Shown in pieces: positions 20,729-30,508 of a DNA stretch of 64,000 nucleotides. This DNA comes from Candidatus Poribacteria bacterium (GTDB lineage Bacteria > Poribacteria > WGA-4E > JAJDTR01), in NCBI GenBank assembly GCA_965222225.1, contig CBDCTK010000002.1, forward strand, positions 2,976,001-3,040,000. Direction: 5' to 3'. Below the pieces are notes generated by a model that searched no databases, was not told where the DNA came from, and saw only the letters and a list, made by a program, of their open reading frames with translations. Position 1 is the stretch's first letter; every line of letters starts with the position of its first letter. The position numbers and the translations under genes were made by a program.

Positions 20729-20967
20729 TGTATATCACCTCCTTCCTTTGGGAGATTCAGGTTATGATGGGATGCAACAGGTGGGCCGGTACCCACCTGT
20801 TGCACTTTATCCCTCCATTTTCCCTATTATACCATCCCCGATATCCTTCCGAAATCTTTTTGGGTCACCGTTGGCATGAAATTTGTCACGTTATGATTTG
20901 GCGAAACCTTGACAAAAGATTGACTTCTTTGTTGGCATGCCTTATATCATATGTGTAGAAGGAGGAA

Positions 20968-21877
20968 ATGGAGGGCACATGCCATAACAAGCACGTTGCA
21001 TTAGTCGATTTAATTCGCCGGTTTCCCGATGATGAGGCAGCTAAAAAGCGGTTGGTGAGGTGTCGTTGGCCCATGACATTCGTTGTGCATATTGTGACAG
21101 CCAGAATGTGAATGGGAAGGCGAAGCACGCCTACTATGCCTTATCGTTGTCGCTATTGCGGTAAACATCTCTCGGTCAAGACCAATTCGATCGTGCACTC
21201 GTCCAACATAGACTATCGCTAGCTATCTGCTGTGCAGTCGTCCAAAAGGCGTATCTAGCATGAATCTGCACCGGTATCTGGGGATTACACAGAAATCGGC
21301 GCGGTACATGCTACATCGTATACGAAAGGGAGGGAAACGACACACCAGGAATTCTGTGGCGAATTGGAAGCGTGCGAGACTTTTGTCGACGGCAAAGAGA
21401 CAAACAAGCACGCCAACAAAAAGTTGTGCGCTGGACGTGGTACCGTCGTCAATATTCCAGTTGCTGGCATGAAAGAGCGAGGGACGAAACGGATTCAAGC
21501 TGAAGGTAGTAGGCGCAACAGACTGCAGCACGTTCTAGGGATTTGTCTTGAAGAATATCACGAAATATACCACTATCTATACTGATGAGGCGAGAGCCTA
21601 TATTGGCTTGCCACATAAGCATGAGACCGTCAGGTATTCTATCGGCAACTATGTGAAGGAGGAAGCCAACACGAACGGAATGAAATCGTTCTGGGGGATA
21701 TTCAAACGGGGATACGTCGGCGTCTACCACAAGATGAGCTCTAAACATCTGCACCGATACATTACCGAGTTTCAAGAACGCTACTTCTACCGAGCGCTAC
21801 ATACCGAACAACGGATGGAGGAGCTGGTTAGAAGAAGCGCAAAGAAGCAACTCAAATATGCCAATCTAATTGCTTAA
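20968..21877 (+). mobile_element. IS1595-family (ISXO2-like) transposase pseudogene
   Basis: FPDDEAA...RWP, CAYC..YRCRYC zinc ribbon, ETFVDGK, IYTDEARAY, TNGMKSFW and YHKMSSKHLHRY motifs; several frameshifts and a stop. Confidence 0.88.
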
Positions 21878-22078
21878 GCCTGAAATACTTGAGGGCAAAC
21901 TCTTTGACACGCCGTTGCCTGTAGGGAAAAGCCCCTCACTTCAAACGAATGTACCATTCGGATATAGTTAATGGCGCAATAGAAATCGTGATTGGATTTA
22001 TCCTAGTCGTAGTAAGGTTAATCATCTTAGGTTGGCTCTATGACGAATTACCATCTTAGCTATAGAAGGAGGCAAGAC

Positions 22079-22588
22079 ATGAAGGGCGTATTCCTTATAC
22101 TAGCTGTGTTCCTGCTTGCTAGTTGTGGCCAGGAGCATGACGCCGATCTTGATGACGGTACGCCACGTGTGCGACTAGTAAAGGGTAACGAGGTGTTGTT
22201 TCATATTCTTTGGGACCGCCCGCTCCAAGTAGAACAGGTTATTGAAGTTCAGTTTAATGAGCGCATTCAAGACTCTGGAACCCTAGAATGGAAGTCAACA
22301 GCAACTCGCTATTTGTTCTACTTCCCAGCGGGCGCGGTTATATCCGAACCGGTTCGTTTGGACTTGAACAGATGGCATACCTACCGAGTAAAGATACTAC
22401 CAGCGCATATCCGAAATGCGTACACACTACCGGCGCCGGCATGGATGGCGACCGAGACAAGTGCGAGGGTGGGTGGCGGGATAGGCTTGCGAGAGCAAAA
22501 CGATATTATTCCCGAAGGTTATGACTTCAAGCCCTACAAACTAGGATTCCCGTCATCGCTCTCCTTCTACCCACCGACACGGCATTGA
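22079..22588 (+). CDS. Hypothetical lipoprotein
   Basis: AGGAGG SD; MKGVFLILAVFLLASC lipobox. Confidence 0.7.
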   Translation: MKGVFLILAVFLLASCGQEHDADLDDGTPRVRLVKGNEVLFHILWDRPLQVEQVIEVQFNERIQDSGTLEWKSTATRYLFYFPAGAVISEPVRLDLNRWHTYRVKILPAHIRNAYTLPAPAWMATETSARVGGGIGLREQNDIIPEGYDFKPYKLGFPSSLSFYPPTRH

Positions 22589-22798
22589 CATGTATTGAAG
22601 TGCCAACGCTAATTTAGACCACAAATCAGCAAAGTTAATACAAGTTTTGCTGTTCAAATCCCCGTGGTGTCACGGCACGACTTAAACGCGGCAGCAATCT
22701 TGTTGTAATGACTGTAACGAAAAACCCAGGAATTTCAATAGGCGGCAACTTGGCTTAATTAGGAAAGATGTCTATTGTTTTGCCATCAAGATTGACTA

Positions 22799-23920
22799 TC
22801 ATTCTTTCGCGAGAGGCCCCTGTTTCACGCGTCCCCACGTGGTAGCGGCTTTGCCGTAGGGTTGCACGGTCAGAATTGTAGCGCGGTAGATGCCTTGGGG
22901 GGTGTGGACGGTGCCTGCCTGCCTTTCGTGGAGCGCATAGGTTGCTGCGTACAGCTCGGATTGATGAGTTACGAGCGCACTAACTGTAAGCCACTGCAGA
23001 CCTGCGGGAATCCATGTGTCCGAGCGTGCATCAAACATGTAGACGCCGTGATCGTAAAGTCCGGCAAACAGACGGCCGCGGTTTACAGCCAGGCTTGTTA
23101 AACTGGGAGCGTAGTCTAGATACCCATCGGAATCGCTTGGAAGCCCTACGATGCGATACTCCCAAGGGAAAGGGAGTCCTTCTTCGTTCCATCGTGCAAA
23201 GCCTTTGCCTCCGGCGACGTATAATCGATCATTGAACACCGCCCAGTCGTGCGCCGGGTGGTGTCCGAAACGGGGAATAGATTCCCACGTGTGGCCGTTG
23301 TCAGGGGAACGGAACATGCTGCCATCCGATTCGCTCCAGAGATAACCATCGAACTCAGTCATCGACAAGATACTACGGGCTATTGGCCAGTCGGGCGCTC
23401 CCCACGCGTCTTGGCGCACTATCCAGTCGTCTATTACGCCGTGCCATGTCTCACCTCGGTCGGTCAATGTATACGTACCCAAGCACGTCACAGTGATGAC
23501 TGTGCCAGAACTGGTGACGAGGATTTGCTCAACGCGTCCGTATTGGTCGAGTTCTTCGTATAGGGGCAATCCGTCGTTTATGGGCTTCCATGTCTCGCCG
23601 AGATTGTCGGAGCGAACTACGCCGTTGCCATGTGTTCCTGCATACACGGTATTTTGATGGATTGCAATTGCAGTACACGTGTGTTTAACTTCGCTTGAAC
23701 CCCAGGTGTAACCGTCATCGAGGGAGATGTATACGCCATTCCATGTCCCGGCGTAGAGTCGGCGTCCATCGGTTTCAAGTGCGTTCACGCGCCCCATGGG
23801 CTGCACGACAGTCAGTTGAGTCCACTCGGCGCGGATATTCGCATCCGATTCGTTCGCCAGCATAGTCGTTGTTACTAAGAAAATGAAAGCGGTTCGCATT
23901 AAACGTCGAGTCCATATCAT
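22799..23920 (-). CDS. Secreted BNR/Asp-box beta-propeller protein with a C-terminal GKAATTWGRVK motif
   Basis: Signal peptide; SLDDGYTW, SDNLGETW and SPDNGHTW repeats. Confidence 0.75.
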   Translation of the reverse strand: MIWTRRLMRTAFIFLVTTTMLANESDANIRAEWTQLTVVQPMGRVNALETDGRRLYAGTWNGVYISLDDGYTWGSSEVKHTCTAIAIHQNTVYAGTHGNGVVRSDNLGETWKPINDGLPLYEELDQYGRVEQILVTSSGTVITVTCLGTYTLTDRGETWHGVIDDWIVRQDAWGAPDWPIARSILSMTEFDGYLWSESDGSMFRSPDNGHTWESIPRFGHHPAHDWAVFNDRLYVAGGKGFARWNEEGLPFPWEYRIVGLPSDSDGYLDYAPSLTSLAVNRGRLFAGLYDHGVYMFDARSDTWIPAGLQWLTVSALVTHQSELYAATYALHERQAGTVHTPQGIYRATILTVQPYGKAATTWGRVKQGPLAKE

Positions 23921-23976
23921 TGGATTTCCTCCCTAAGAACTGATGGCTATCGGATTGACTGCGTTAGTAGAGTGTG

Positions 23977-23992
23977 CGCAAGTTATGTACCA
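23977..23992 (-). promoter_or_regulatory. Sigma-54 (-24/-12) promoter
   Basis: TGGTACATAACTTGCG with GG-N10-GC spacing, about 60 bp upstream of the 23920 start. Confidence 0.7.
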
Positions 23993-24083
23993 CTCCCATA
24001 AGCTGCCCCGACTTGGCACTACCCCGCGAATTTCATCAAACTCGTCTGCCGATGTGTCATGGAGACGCAATGGCGTTTCGTGC

Positions 24084-24270
24084 TTTCGTATCCAACAAGT
24101 GAACGCCAATGTTCATTTTTTGTGCAAGAGGGGCGTTGGCTGTTCTCGCTACAGTGCTTGTGTCTTACAAATCTGGTAGAGCATCAGTGTTGTCCCACCC
24201 TCCTGTTGGTAATACCATTTCTTAAAATGATAGGGCATCAATGATGTGAATTTCGGAGAAAAGCTATCGC
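24084..24270. repeat. ~187 bp upstream block duplicated at 55330-55517
   Basis: Near-identical run tttcgtatccaacaagtgaacgccaatgttcattttttgtgcaag...ggagaaaagctatcgc at both sites. Confidence 0.9.
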
Positions 24271-24409
24271 ACGGGATTTGCTATCAAGACTTCCTATCGC
24301 CTTCACTATTCGTTCAGTTGATCGGTTGGAAAGGGATCTCTATGGGAGTTCTATCGCGCTCCTTATCCAGTCGCTTGATCGCAGTGCGCACCCTACAGGA
24401 TTGTCCAGA

Positions 24410-24444
24410 GAAGAAACCGAGTTTTGAAGAAAAAACTCGGTTTC
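24410..24444. repeat. Palindromic repeat gaaaccgagtttt-N-aaaaactcggtttc
   Basis: Further copies near 41679 and 47328. Confidence 0.8.
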
Positions 24445-24596
24445 GTCGCGAGCTGGAGAGGGATCTACTATCGGGATTAGCTATCGCCTTCGCTAGCCAC
24501 TCAGTTGATCCCTCGTTGTCCACTCGGTTGATCTCCTACAGAACCGGGCGTGCAGTGAATGAGGTGCAATTGTTCTGCAGCAACAGGAGATTGTTG

Positions 24597-24625
24597 TTGA
24601 CCGAAAATTGCCTACCGGGTAAAAT
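24597..24625 (+). promoter_or_regulatory. Sigma-70 promoter for the dehydrogenase operon
   Basis: TTGACC-17 bp-TAAAAT. Confidence 0.6.
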
Positions 24626-24722
24626 GGTACGAGTAATTTAAAAAGGATTTGGATTCTTTGTGGCGACTTTCAAGACGATATTTCGCGACGTATTCAACTA
24701 TCAACTCCAAGGAGATTGATTT

Positions 24723-25703
24723 ATGGCACTGTCACCTGAATTGTGCAAGAAGATGTACAAAGATATGTGGCGCATTCGGCTCTTCGAGGAGGAGGCGCAT
24801 CGCCAAACAAGTCTCGGCAGCGTAGTGGGCGCGCTCCACATGTATTGCGGGGAAGAGGCGGTCGCGGTCGGTGTTTGCGGCAATCTACGAGATGACGATT
24901 ATGTTTTGGGCACGCATCGCAGCCACGGACATTGCATAGCCAAGGGCGCCAAGCCGAACCAAATGATGGCGGAGTTGTTCGGCAAAGCCACGGGCACCTG
25001 CGCCGGAAAGGGCGGTTCGATGCACATCGCGGATTTCTCGCTCAACATGCTGGGCGCCAACGGTATCGTGGGCGCGGGTATTTCGCCCGCCACCGGCGCC
25101 GCACTCGCCAGCAAGATGCGCGGGACGGATCAGGTGTCGGTCTGTTTCTTCGGCGACGGCGCTGCCGCGCGAGGCACCTTCCACGAGGGCATCGGGTTCG
25201 GCGCATTGTGGAAGCTCCCGGTGGTTTACGTCTGCGAGAACAACCAATATCAGCAGTGGGTGCCGCGGTCGAATGTGGCTGTTCTGGATTCGGTCGCCGA
25301 TATGGCGGGGTCGTATGCCATTCCCGGCATATCCATTGATGGGCAAGACATTGTCGAGGTTTATGAAGTGGTTGGTCAAGCGGTCGAACGCGCCCGCAAG
25401 GGCGGGGGGCCCACGTTGGTCGAAGCGAAAACCTACCGCTTCCACGGGCACAGCTTGGGCGATGAGGAGCAGTACCGCTCCAGCGATGAAGTTGAAACGT
25501 GGAAGAACGATCGCGACCCGATTACGCTCTTCCGCACGGTGATGATGCACAAGAACTGGTTGACCGAGGACGAGGACGCGGCAATTCAGGAAGAGGCCAA
25601 AGACGAGATTTTGAACGCGGTGAAGTTCGCCGAGGAAAGCCCGTACCCGACGGTTGCCAATGTTACCACGGATGTGCTCGCTGCCGAGCAGGAGGTGGCA
25701 TAA
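24723..25703 (+). CDS. TPP-dependent dehydrogenase E1 alpha subunit (AcoA/PdhA-like)
   Basis: HRSHGH, GKGGSMH, GDGA...ENN and TYRFHGHS motifs. Confidence 0.93.
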   Translation: MALSPELCKKMYKDMWRIRLFEEEAHRQTSLGSVVGALHMYCGEEAVAVGVCGNLRDDDYVLGTHRSHGHCIAKGAKPNQMMAELFGKATGTCAGKGGSMHIADFSLNMLGANGIVGAGISPATGAALASKMRGTDQVSVCFFGDGAAARGTFHEGIGFGALWKLPVVYVCENNQYQQWVPRSNVAVLDSVADMAGSYAIPGISIDGQDIVEVYEVVGQAVERARKGGGPTLVEAKTYRFHGHSLGDEEQYRSSDEVETWKNDRDPITLFRTVMMHKNWLTEDEDAAIQEEAKDEILNAVKFAEESPYPTVANVTTDVLAAEQEVA

Positions 25704-26674
25704 TGAAGACGTTGACCTTCAGCAGGGCGCTGTGCGAGGCGCTGCACGAGGAGATGGAACGTGACGAGTCCGTATTCGTCATGGGTGAAGATGTCATCAC
25801 GCACGGGGGACCTTACAAGGTGACCGACGGGATTGCGGAGCGTTTCCCGGAACGGATATTCGAAACGCCGATTGCCGAGGCGGGGATAGTCGGATTGGGG
25901 GTCGGCGCCGCGATGGCGGGTATGAGTCCCGTCGTCGAGATCATGTACATGGACTTTGTGACGTGCGCCATGGACGAAGTGGTCAACCAAGCGGCGAAGA
26001 TGCGCTACATGACCGGGGGTCAAGCCAGCGTTCCGATGGTTATCCGCCTTCCGTGCGGCGTCGGTCGATTGCTCGCGGCGCAGCACTCGCAGATTATGGA
26101 ATCTTGGTTTATGCACGTGCCCGGGTTACAAGTGGTTGTGCCTTCAACGCCAAGCGACGCCAAAGGATTGCTCAAATCCGCGGTGCGCAGCGAGGATCCG
26201 GTGATGTTCTTCGAGTACAAGCGCATCTATGCCTCTAGGGGCGAGGTGCCGGACGGGGAACATATCGTGCCCATCGGCAAAGCGCACATCAGTCGTGAAG
26301 GCGAGGACGCGACCATCGTCGCCATTGGGCCAATGGTGCAGAAATCGCTCGAAGCGGCGGTGCTGCTGGAGGATGACGGCTACGACGTTGAGGTTGTCGA
26401 TGTGAGATCGCTGTCGCCGTTGGATACAGAGACCATCTGCGAGTCGGTGCGTCGGACGGGGCACGCCGTGGTGTGCGGAGAGGACTCCAGCTTTGCCGGG
26501 GCGGTTTCCGAGATTGCGGCGATGATTGGCGAGAACTGCTTTGAATCGCTCAAGGCGCCGGTCACGCGAATCGGGAGCCCACATGTGCCGATGCCGTTTA
26601 GCTCGGAGCTCGTCAAGCACGTTGTGCCCGAGGTTCCAAACATCACCGAGGCTGTCAACCGTGTAATGGCATAG
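25703..26674 (+). CDS. E1 beta subunit (AcoB/PdhB-like)
   Basis: MGEDV, TPIAEAG, NQAAKMRY and AQHSQ motifs; TAATG coupling to E1 alpha. Confidence 0.93.
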   Translation: MKTLTFSRALCEALHEEMERDESVFVMGEDVITHGGPYKVTDGIAERFPERIFETPIAEAGIVGLGVGAAMAGMSPVVEIMYMDFVTCAMDEVVNQAAKMRYMTGGQASVPMVIRLPCGVGRLLAAQHSQIMESWFMHVPGLQVVVPSTPSDAKGLLKSAVRSEDPVMFFEYKRIYASRGEVPDGEHIVPIGKAHISREGEDATIVAIGPMVQKSLEAAVLLEDDGYDVEVVDVRSLSPLDTETICESVRRTGHAVVCGEDSSFAGAVSEIAAMIGENCFESLKAPVTRIGSPHVPMPFSSELVKHVVPEVPNITEAVNRVMA

Positions 26675-26724
26675 CGGGATTTCTCCGAAATCCCATCTGT
26701 GCACATCGCAGGAAAGGAGAACTC

Positions 26725-28101
26725 ATGGCAGTACAGTTCCGTCTAGCGGCGTTTGGTCACACGATGGAAACAGGCCGCGTCGTTGAGTGGCACATCGCCG
26801 AAGGGAGCAGAATTGAAGAGGGGCAACCCTTGGTTTCGATTGAGACAGACAAAACTGTCGTCGAGGTGGAGTCGCCGGTGAGCGGCGTGCTGCTGCGCAT
26901 CGTGGGTCAAGCCGATGGCGAGTACGATGTCGGTGAAACTTTGGCGTGGATTGGCGAGGAGGGCGAGAAGGTGCCGGACGCCCCCGCCGCACCGCCCAAA
27001 ACTCCAACGGTCGATCGCCCGGCAGAGTCACGGGCGACTCCGGTGGCGCTGCGGTTGGCGCAACGGCACGGGATAGACGCCGAATCGCTCCCCGGCACGG
27101 GACCGGGTGGACGGGTGACCAAGGAGGATGTGCAGCGGGCTATCGACGCGGGCGGAGCGATGCCGGAAAGCGTTGCGGACGAGAAGCCAGCCGCCAGCAC
27201 TGCGGAGCAATCCAGCACTTCGGCTGCCGATAGACCTTCGGGGGGGCGTGTAACTCCCGTCGCACTGCGGCTTGCGCAACGGCACGGCATAGATGCCGGA
27301 TCGCTCCCCGGTACGGGACCGGGAGGACGGGTGACCAAGGAGGATGTGCAGCGGGCTATCGACGCGGGCGCGGCGAGTCCGGAAAAACCGGCGGACGAGA
27401 GATCTGCCTCCGAGGTTGAAGTCATTCCGCTTAGCGGCATCCGCCGCACGACGGCCGAGCGACTCGGCGCGATCTGGTCGCAAGCGCCGCATGTTACCGA
27501 AGGTATCGAAGTCGATTTCAGCGCCATCCAAAGCCTTCGAGCATCGCATGAGGAGGCGTGGCGCCAGACTCACGGGATTGCGCCGTCAATCAATGACTTC
27601 GTGCTGAAAGCCACCGCCGAGGCGTTGAAATCTCATCCTCGGCTCAACGCGGCGCTGATTGACGGGGCGGTACACCAGTACCGCGAGGTCAACCTTGGGG
27701 TAGCGGTTGATATCCCGGACGGCTTGGTGGTGCCAGTGGTTCGAGGCGCCCAAGCTCTCGGCATTGTGGAGATTGCGACGCAGGCCAGAGCACTTGCAGA
27801 GCGTGCGCGAGAGGGGAAACTAAGAGTTGACGATTATGCGGACGGCACGTTCACTGTCACCAACCTCGGCGGGCTTGGGGTGGACTGGTTCACGCCGGTG
27901 CTCAATCCGCCGCAGTGCGCTATTTTGGGGGTGGGGCGGGTGCGGCGGGTTGCCGTGTTTGCCGGTGAGTCGATTGTGGCGCGGGATATCGGGACTCTGG
28001 TGCTCACTTTTGATCATCGTGCGATAGATGGTGCGCCGTGTGCGCGTTTTCTCGGGGAGTTGCGGGGGCTTATTGAGGCGCCGGAGGGGTTGCTGCCTTG
28101 A
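26725..28101 (+). CDS. Dihydrolipoamide acyltransferase E2 with one lipoyl domain and two subunit-binding domains
   Basis: ETDK lipoyl motif, two GTGPGGRVTKEDV motifs, DHRAIDGA catalytic motif. Confidence 0.93.
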   Translation: MAVQFRLAAFGHTMETGRVVEWHIAEGSRIEEGQPLVSIETDKTVVEVESPVSGVLLRIVGQADGEYDVGETLAWIGEEGEKVPDAPAAPPKTPTVDRPAESRATPVALRLAQRHGIDAESLPGTGPGGRVTKEDVQRAIDAGGAMPESVADEKPAASTAEQSSTSAADRPSGGRVTPVALRLAQRHGIDAGSLPGTGPGGRVTKEDVQRAIDAGAASPEKPADERSASEVEVIPLSGIRRTTAERLGAIWSQAPHVTEGIEVDFSAIQSLRASHEEAWRQTHGIAPSINDFVLKATAEALKSHPRLNAALIDGAVHQYREVNLGVAVDIPDGLVVPVVRGAQALGIVEIATQARALAERAREGKLRVDDYADGTFTVTNLGGLGVDWFTPVLNPPQCAILGVGRVRRVAVFAGESIVARDIGTLVLTFDHRAIDGAPCARFLGELRGLIEAPEGLLP

Positions 28102-28218
28102 ATGACATTTTTTGACTTACGGTGCTGTTGAACTGCTAGTCGTTACATTTCACTCATAATTATTCCGCATTGTTTTTTGGGCCATAGACGTAATTTTCAT
28201 GACTTGAAGTAATGATCA

Positions 28219-28246
28219 TTGACAAATACGGAAAAACTCATATAAT
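28219..28246 (+). promoter_or_regulatory. Sigma-70 promoter
   Basis: TTGACA-16 bp-TATAAT upstream of 28294. Confidence 0.65.
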
Positions 28247-28293
28247 TTTGGGGTGTCATAAGATGTTTTAACCTATAATTAGGAGAGACTAAG

Positions 28294-28761
28294 TTGAATC
28301 CGCAGCAGCAGAGACAGGGAGGGCTACACAAACTTACTCCCAGTGAACGAAAATCGCTGGAAAAATCAGTATGGCAATTAGTCTTCAAAATTACGTCTCG
28401 CTCAAAACCAACATCGGCGAAACTTGAAAATAGTGCAGTTGAATATCTTAGGAACAACGGCGAACTGGAAGATGCTGCTGTTGAATATCTTAAGGATGAA
28501 GGTGAACTTGGGACTGCCGCTGTTGGATACCTCAAAGATGCCGGATGGGACGAAGTGAGAGTGTTGGGAACAAGGGAAATCAACTCCGCGGAGTATTTAG
28601 TCGCAGAAGCAGGGAATTACACGTATATTCTTGAATCAAAGAGGTACTTGTATACTCTATCCCGCCCAGGACAATACCTTGGAAATATGGGGTTTTCGTC
28701 ATGTGAAATCATAGATTCTGATGGTGATGTAGTCGACTTCTGGACGGAGGATACAGAATGA
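28294..28761 (+). CDS. Hypothetical protein with three 14-aa repeats; possible degenerate YraN/Mrr-like nuclease
   Basis: LENSAVEYLRNNGE / LEDAAVEYLKDEGE / LGTAAVGYLKDAGW, followed by ILESKR. Confidence 0.5.
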   Translation: MNPQQQRQGGLHKLTPSERKSLEKSVWQLVFKITSRSKPTSAKLENSAVEYLRNNGELEDAAVEYLKDEGELGTAAVGYLKDAGWDEVRVLGTREINSAEYLVAEAGNYTYILESKRYLYTLSRPGQYLGNMGFSSCEIIDSDGDVVDFWTEDTE

Positions 28762-29489
28762 TATACTACCACTCCAACCCACCACGGGCAGGTCATTATA
28801 AATGTCTCGTTGTCGATCCGCCTTGGGATCAGGGTAAAACTGGAAAGCGTTCGGTTCGCCCCAATCAAGGTACAGCGTTGCCTTATCCAACAATGACTTG
28901 CAAGGAAATTGCTAGTCTTCCTATCAATGCTTGGGATGCAGATCATGCTTTTCTATGGTTATGGGCAACAAACAGTCGTTCGCATTCGAGTGGCAAACCA
29001 ATTCTCCTTCAAGCTTTTGAATTAATGGAGAATTGGGGATTCCGTTATTATACAACCATCACGTGGAACAAAACGACTGGTCCGTGCCCTTTCGGGCCTT
29101 ATCAAATTATTTCAGAACATTGCCTATTCGGGTATCGTGGCAAATGTGTTTTCCCAAAGGAATCGTTAGGAAAAATGCAAACTGTGTTTTCGGCCTCGGT
29201 CAAGCGCCATAGCGAGAAACCTACGCGTATGTATAACGATATACGGCGCCATTTTCACGCTCCACGGCTAGATGTATCTGCTAGAAAAAGACATCCTGGA
29301 TTTGATGCATGGGGTAATCAGAGGGAAGACAGTTGCGCATTTATTTTAAACTTGCCGATCCAATACCTACTCAAATTGAATCCCTCATTACTGACTCTGG
29401 AAAATGGCATGCCAAGAAACAACATTACCGCATCAATCACTCGAACCTCGTTATGCAACTATTTGAATGTGGCTTTCTTCTTGGACTAA
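28758..29489 (+). CDS. MT-A70 family N6-adenine methyltransferase
   Basis: VDPPW, FLWLWAT, WGFRY...W-x-K, SEHCL, HSEKP and WGNQ motifs; the tail after WGNQ looks like read-through into a gene remnant. Confidence 0.88.
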   Translation: MIYYHSNPPRAGHYKCLVVDPPWDQGKTGKRSVRPNQGTALPYPTMTCKEIASLPINAWDADHAFLWLWATNSRSHSSGKPILLQAFELMENWGFRYYTTITWNKTTGPCPFGPYQIISEHCLFGYRGKCVFPKESLGKMQTVFSASVKRHSEKPTRMYNDIRRHFHAPRLDVSARKRHPGFDAWGNQREDSCAFILNLPIQYLLKLNPSLLTLENGMPRNNITASITRTSLCNYLNVAFFLD

Positions 29490-29984
29490 ACGGACCAAAT
29501 CAAGGCAGAATCAATCAGTTTATGAAAGAGAAGTTCTCACTTCATGAGGATGAATCCACTTAACATACCCAGGCCTCCGACAAGTGCACAGTCGTTGGGT
29601 TTCAGCGGCATTTTGTAACAAGAAGGCTACCGAAAAGTAGAACTGTCCTTAGAAGTTTGATACGGGTGTGTTGTTGGCTGCTCAACTCAGCCTTCGGACT
29701 GAGATGCAGTTCCGCTGGGGGAGGAATATTATTGCCACTAAGGACTAGGAAGTTGAGAGAATTGGATTTGCGACTGCGAAACAGGTTATCAACTGGGCGA
29801 AAATTCAGCACATTAACGCCAAGAAAGAAGAAGCACATCTACTACACTCTATTCGAGTTAACAGTGTTATCTGAATTACTTGCGGCCAATGATTGTTGCG
29901 AATTACGCTTGACAATACGACGATTTGGGGACCAGACTATTTGAGCGAATATTCGCACTTCAACTACGAAATAGGAAACAACCA

Positions 29985-30395
29985 ATGCTAAATATCAGAG
30001 CGATGTGGTTTCTTGCATCTGTTATTTGGATTATGTGCTTCGGCGGTTGCGCGACAAGAAATTCAATGCTTAGTGCACCTCTTGGCGCAGGTCGTTCACA
30101 AACATTTAATTCAGCATATGACACAGTTGTCAAAGCAGTTCGCGATGCTGTCATTGCATCTGGATTTGCTATTGACACAACTTCCGAATTTGGCAATGAG
30201 ACTTTCGTGATGGTTGCGAAAAAAGATGCCTCAGGATGGAGTTGGGGTGAATTAGTCCGAGTGACGATTCAGGGAGTTAGTGAAGACGAAACCATAGTTA
30301 GGGTGTATACAGCAAGGAGATTGGCAACCAACATTACTGCCAGAGGTGACTGGGCGGATACGGTGTTTGCAAACATTGCATTGGAGCTAAGATAG
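29985..30395 (+). CDS. Hypothetical lipoprotein
   Basis: Hydrophobic leader ending FGGC; WSWGELVRVTI motif. Confidence 0.65.
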   Translation: MLNIRAMWFLASVIWIMCFGGCATRNSMLSAPLGAGRSQTFNSAYDTVVKAVRDAVIASGFAIDTTSEFGNETFVMVAKKDASGWSWGELVRVTIQGVSEDETIVRVYTARRLATNITARGDWADTVFANIALELR

Positions 30396-30508
30396 GATTG
30401 TTCCATGACGGGGATTGCTTGTGAGGAAACTCCCTTGCTGGGCAGAGTTGCTAAACTAGAGCGTACCTACATCGCAGACTTTCTCAATTCATCCATCGTC
30501 TTCCGAAA

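Noticed and set aside
20872-20887. Sigma-54-like TGGCATGAAATTTGTC
   Set aside because: It has GT instead of the invariant -12 GC and points at an IS pseudogene
24246-24641. 131-aa ORF, and similar ORFs at 35865, 39850, 46737 and 52775
   Set aside because: Chance open frames across repeat or regulatory DNA with no protein-like motifs
25499-25702. Longer start for E1 beta
   Set aside because: It overlaps E1 alpha; the SD and TAATG coupling support 25703
29657-29944. 95-aa ORF
   Set aside because: No SD or recognisable motif; probably decayed island sequence
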